Source: Octopus vulgaris (taxonomy: Eukaryota). Taken from it: a DNA stretch of 64,000 nucleotides. Where the stretch lies: contig OX597832.1 in NCBI GenBank assembly GCA_951406725.2, positions 17,980,001-18,044,000 of the forward strand, read 5' to 3'. The stretch's first letter is position 1, and every line of letters begins with the position of its first letter. Both the position numbers and the translations under genes were made by a program. Shown piece by piece: positions 58,075 through 64,000 of the stretch. The notes under the pieces were generated by a model. That model saw nothing but the letters and a program-made list of their open reading frames with translations. It was not told the origin of the DNA and searched no databases.

Positions 58075-58240
58075 ATACGACGGTCTTCTTTCAGTTTCTG
58101 TCTAGCAAATCCATTCACAAGGCTTTGGTTGGCCCGAGGCTATAGTAGAAGACACTTGCTCAAGATGCAACGCAGTGGGACTGAACCTGGAACCATATGA
58201 TTGATAAGCATGGTACCTACCATAGAGCAACTGTTGCGCC
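58075..58240 (-). mobile_element. SINE family A head, abutting the Tc1 insertion site
   Basis: ttcagtttctgtctagcaaatcc...gcagtgggactgaacctggaacc. Confidence 0.85.
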
Positions 58241-58249
58241 ATATATATA

Positions 58250-59873
58250 CAGTGGCGGCCAAAATGATCAGAACGGCATTGTTTTCGCCAGAAAAGTAGG
58301 TATAATAAGTTTTTATCAACGTTGTTTTATGTTCTATAGTTTTCACAGAAAATAAATACGTTATTAATTGTTATTTTCTGAGATTTTGGTGTAATTTGAG
58401 TGGATAATACAAAAGTTATCGGTGATTTAGTAATTTACTGCAAAACCCATGCCGGCCAAAACTATCTGAACGGTTGAAAAAATAACAAAATAATCAAAAA
58501 TGACAGAGAATACTGGAATTATTTAATATTTAGTGTGAAGCCCTTTAGCTTCAATCACACTCTGACATCTTCGACTGCATGAGGAAATTAAATTCTCAAT
58601 TTCTTGCTGGGTGATCTTATTCCATTCTTCATGAAGGGCATTCCATAATTGCTAAGTTGTTTTAGGATTTCTGATTTTCGAATGTTCTCCTAGAATATTC
58701 CATACATTTTCAATAGGATTGAGATCTTGGCTTTGAGCAGGTCAATCCATAATAATAACCTTTTCAGCCTTGAGGAAGTTCATGACCACCTTAGCCTTGT
58801 GACATGGGGCATTGTCCTGCATGAATATAGGTGGTCGCTTAGTTGAATTTCTCAGCACAAGCAAGACATGATCTTTTACAAGTTGTTTATAAACTCCTGC
58901 ATTTACCTTTCCATGTAATCGCGCCAAAGAGCCCGCACCATCTCCAGATATCATTCCCCAAACCATGACACTTCCTCAACCGAATTTAACACTAGTCTTA
59001 AGGCATTTAAGCGACAATTTTTCACCTACTTTTCAACGAACGTACCAATCTGAGCCAAATAATATAAACTTAGATTCATCACTGAAATGCACCGTTGGCA
59101 ATTTTTTTTGAGACCACAACACATGTTCGGTTGCAAAGGTAAGACGACACTTTTTAATTTTGAGCTGATCAGTGGCTTCATTGCAGGTGATCTTGCTTGT
59201 AGGTTATGTTCAACTAAACGATGAGACACAGTTTTTCGAGATAACGTTTTCTTCAGTACAATGCTCATTTCCCGAGAAACAGCAGCAGCAGTTTTAAATC
59301 TGTCCTTTTTAACCAACTTTACCATAGCACGATCTTCTCTCTTGGTCGTTTTTCTTGGCCTACCTGTAGACCTTCTTGCTTCACATGAACCACAATCATT
59401 GAAGACCTTAAGAATACCATGAACAAGAATTTTTGACTTGTTAACAATCTTTGCAATAGACCAAATACTTAAATTATCCATCTTTCGAAGCTTAATAATC
59501 TGCTGACGAATTGGTAATGGAGTAAGTGGCATAATATTAACAAAGTACACTGCAGATATTCCTACTGATGTTTAGTAAACGAACCATCACGTAAACAAAT
59601 TCGAAACATTAAAGTTCGCTAGTTAATTATACTAAAACACGGAGTAAAAGCAACCGTTCTGATCATTTTGGCCACCATGGGTTTTGAGTAAATCACTAAA
59701 TCATCCATTAATTTTGTATTATATTCTCACATTACATCAAATTCTCAGACAAAAACAATTAATATTGTATTTATTGTGTGTGACAATTATACAATCTAAA
59801 ACAACTTTGATAAAAACTTATACCTACTTTTCTGGCGAAAACAATGCCGTTCTGAACATTTTGGCCGCAACTG
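58250..59873 (-). mobile_element. Tc1-family DNA transposon, IR/DR type, full length (1624 bp), inactive
   Basis: ~225-bp TIRs (58250-58476 and 59651-59873) starting CAGT, TA flanks, and the 20-bp repeat GGCCAAAATGATCAGAACGG at both ends of each TIR. Confidence 0.96.
58523..59532 (-). pseudogene. Tc1 DD34E transposase pseudogene
   Basis: MPLTPLPIRQQ...TGRPRKTT...FSDESKF...VMVWG...FMQDNAPCH-(34 residues D to E)-DLNPIENVW...IEAKGLHTKY*. Frameshift near 59160 and several in-frame stops, for example W to stop at 58742. Confidence 0.95.
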
Positions 59874-59954
<81 letters not shown>

Positions 59955-60034
59955 ATGTATGTGTATGCATGTATGTATGTATATACAGGTTTTAATAGAT
60001 GACTGAATAGACAGATACATAAATTGATAGACAA

Positions 60035-60125
<91 letters not shown>

Positions 60126-60693
60126 CATAGATAGACATATATATAGATATTAGTTTTTGGAATTAACTATAAAATATTATATGCAGTATTTATTCATTAC
60201 ATTACAGATTTCCCCAAACAAATTTGAAAATGAAGAAACTATAACAGTTCTACGAAGAAACAAATAATGAATGCGTAATAGGAAATGCACAAAATAATAC
60301 TAAACATACGAATACTTTTCTTTCTTTTTTTTTTGCATAAGGTGGGCCTAGGCACAAAATGCACCGACCCAATATCAACAAGAACAGAAACTGAAGCTGC
60401 ATCGTGAAAATGCTTTTTACGTAAATGGTCAAGTATTTCAAATGAGTAAATGCACAGGATTTGGACATTACTAAAGTGACAAAGTAAAACTGACCAGTAT
60501 GTTCCTAATGGAACAGTAACATCAATATGAAAGGCGTGAATTCATGCTCTTTACTCATGTGCAAACTCCTGTATATGTGTGTGTGTTTGTGTGTGTCTCT
60601 GTCTGTGTTTAAGTGTGTTTGTATGTGTGTGTATGTGTGTGTGTTTGAGTGTGTTTGTGTGTGCGTGTGCATGTGTATTTATATATATATGTG

Positions 60694-60724
<31 letters not shown>

Positions 60725-60946
60725 TTGTGTGTGTGTGTTTGTGTGTGTATGTGTGTGTGTGCCAATATATAGGTTTTGACATATTCCTTTCTGTTTCAAT
60801 CTGCTTTTTTTAATTATTAGCATTTACATATATACATACTATTCAATATTATTGAGCTAATCAAGTTCTTCATTTGAAACCAAACTAAGTAACATAGACG
60901 TCAAATTTGGTCGAAATCCCTTGAAATTGGTTCATATATGTGTGTG

Positions 60947-60979
<33 letters not shown>

Positions 60980-61363
60980 GGGCAACACACACATACATAC
61001 ACACACGTACGTACGTACACCTACATGCTTCTTGTATGTACCATACAAGTTCGTGTGTGCGTGTGTGTTTGCCCGTATATCAAGAAAATGTTTGTTTCCT
61101 CGATGGAAAATAGAAATAACAAAAGTCTTAGCAGAAACTTACTCGTCGCTAGAAGAGGACTTAACTTTTCTTTGCAATCAATGGTGATTTCTCTGACTTG
61201 AAAATTGTTAAAATTTCGCGTTGAAAATTTACTTTTACTGCTATTTGCTGGTGCCAGTGGTAACAATAAGTTAACGATAATACAGATAGGATCATAATGA
61301 ATGTCCTCCTAAAATTTGAGCGACATGAGTGCTAATTTGTGGACAAGCATAAATTACATTCAA

Positions 61364-61415
<52 letters not shown>

Positions 61416-61431
61416 CCTGCCTTTTATATAT

Positions 61432-61581
61432 AAAGTTCTGAGTTCAAATTTCGCCGAGGTTTACTTTGCTTTTCATCATTTCGAGGTCGATAAATTAAGT
61501 ACCAGTTGCGTACTGAGGTCGAGCTAATCGATTGACGCACTCCCCAAAAATGTCGCGCCTTGTGCTTAGAGTAGAAAAGAA
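61432..61581 (+). mobile_element. SINE family B, 5'-truncated
   Basis: gttctgagttcaaatttcgccgagg...gtcgataaattaagtaccagttgcgtactg...tagagtagaaaaga. Confidence 0.85.
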
Positions 61582-61853
61582 TATTTATTGTTCCATTCTA
61601 CTACAGCTTCCAAATTATGATTTATACATTTCTTGGTTCTCTGAAGATTTAAAAAATGTGCTACACTTTTGCTATGATTTATATTATTTCGTCTTCATAA
61701 TTTACTGCGTAAATTTATAATCTGGATTACTGAGTTTATAATGCTTTGGATTGTGTAGAACACCTCGAAGTAAAAATAGCATTTACAAGTTTGATTTTAG
61801 GATTTATATCGTATTTGTAATCGAATTAATTTGCTAAGAAGCTTCCAATCACA

Positions 61854-62468
<615 letters not shown>

Positions 62469-62829
62469 CTAATTTCCTACTAAATAGGATGTTCCCGATA
62501 TATAGGTAGCATTTTACATATTTTTATGTGTGTATGTGTGTGTGTGTTCAGTTTATTTATCATTATTTTTTTATTATTTTAATCTGACATATTTAATGCA
62601 CCCGCATCCTAGCAATTTCCGATCGTTTATCGCAATTGTGTCTATTTCGTTAATTCCCAGATATTTGTAAATCCGGTTTTAGTGTAATTCTATCAACAAT
62701 TTTACTTGCTCCAATATATTTATTAGTTTTATTAATTTTCTCTTTAAAGGTTACCTTGCATGCATTTTCGAAAAATCGCGTTTCATGCCAATTTCCCTAC
62801 AGCATCCCGTTTCACAGGATCTAACAGTG

Positions 62830-63500
62830 TATATATATTTGGTTGCCATTTGCATCATACAGCTTAAGGTCATTCGTGTACAAGACATGGATGATAATCA
62901 CCCCATAGCATTTGTATCTGTAAAGTGTCAGCACCAGATACAACAAGGAGTGGAGTGAGGCCAGTCCTGTCGGAATATGTCTTCTTATAGGGATGGGTTT
63001 TGCTTTTATAAATCTCTTTTGTCTGGATCTATGAAATGTTTTCCATTTACACATAGAATAACTGATGTAGCAGCTCGTTATTAACCTTAATATACTCGTG
63101 GTTAATGTGTCTAGAGTGTACGGTGGGGAAACACTGGAGTAAAGTTCGAGCCGTTATTTAGATGGCTAACCTTTTTCTCTTGAAGTAGTTGAGTCTATTC
63201 TGCATACCCGGCATTTTAAAACAAGCTCTATCTTCTTTTTTTCTAAACGAAATATTGAAGTTAGCCAATCCTATGTTGAAGTAGAATTTACAAAGATGAA
63301 TGGCGAAATCACTGAGGAATGGAACAAATTTTCTATTTAATATTTTGCTACAGCCGATTCGGTTATCATTTGAAATAATTCCAGGAATCAACTGATGTTT
63401 TGTCGAAACGGGTTCAGTAAGATAACCATCATGATTCGCTTGAATTGTTATAAGGTTGTATAGCACTCATGATATTCTAGTGATCTTAATTTGCCACCTG
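62830..63500 (-). pseudogene. Highly degenerate non-LTR retrotransposon RT fragment (R4/Dong-like)
   Basis: ORF 62821-63054 contains KPIPIRR...IHVLYTNDLKLYDAN, resembling IPIRRGIFQGD...SHLLYMDDLKLY. ORF 63158-63466 has YLTE...LIP, weakly resembling WLT.G.T.LIPK. Confidence 0.55.
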
Positions 63501-64000
63501 GTGAATGAATGCCTGACTCAAGCTTCTTGAAAATATTAGGGAGGCAGAGACATTGTATTACTTTCAAATTTTTGAACAAGGTTGGTGATGTCGACACATT
63601 TTATCGTCCCCGGTTAAGCAAAGTTGTCTTTGGTGGAATTAGAACTCAGAAATATGCTTATTTGTCGCTACACACCAAATCAAATCCTATATTGTTAAGT
63701 AATGATTGCTGGGCATGACCTCAGTAATTTCAAATAAATGTGTTTTCAAGAAGAGATTTCATAAAATCGAAACATGTCTGGAGTTAACTTCTTGAAATAT
63801 TTACAAATATTTTTTTTTTTCTTGAGCTAATGTGCTTATCACTGTGTTATTATGCTATTACATCAGAATCAGCAAATCCTTCTATTTCTTGTCTCTTCTG
63901 CTTTAAGATATACCGAGTGTGGAGATTGAAATTCCTTCTTATAATATCATGCTTTAAATACTTCTTAAGTAGCATATTACGAAGAAAATATCTCCATCCA

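Noticed and set aside
59228-59258. Minus-strand CTGAAGA...CGAAA
   Set aside because: Inside the Tc1 transposase coding sequence and the stems do not form.

Overview
AT-rich eukaryotic (animal) DNA saturated with di-, tri- and tetranucleotide microsatellites. The SINE families and repeat density look like a coleoid cephalopod, most likely Octopus; this is recognition, not verified. I found no convincing host protein-coding gene: almost all listed ORFs are translations of microsatellites, so the window is probably intronic or intergenic. Recognisable content: a full-length but inactivated IR/DR-type Tc1 (DD34E) transposon (58250-59873), an internally deleted mariner (23710-24235), two LINE reverse-transcriptase relics (about 9.3 kb and 63 kb), about 20 copies of four tRNA-derived SINE families (some nested), two minisatellites and several inverted repeats. 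The main non-obvious signal is a set of type I hammerhead ribozyme (HHR) motifs, at least 8 motifs in about 5 sequence families. Most sit in short elements next to (TA)n or other microsatellite tracts, two with the inverted partial repeats typical of Penelope-like pseudo-LTRs or non-LTR retrozymes. They include a canonical HHR (21208-21255), a tandem pair whose second member has a co-varied G3-C8-G17 core (30836-30980), and a young unit of about 470 nt whose inverted flank reads across its own end-to-start junction (53161-53796), implying a tandem or circular template. Folds were assigned by eye and coordinates are approximate to a few bases.
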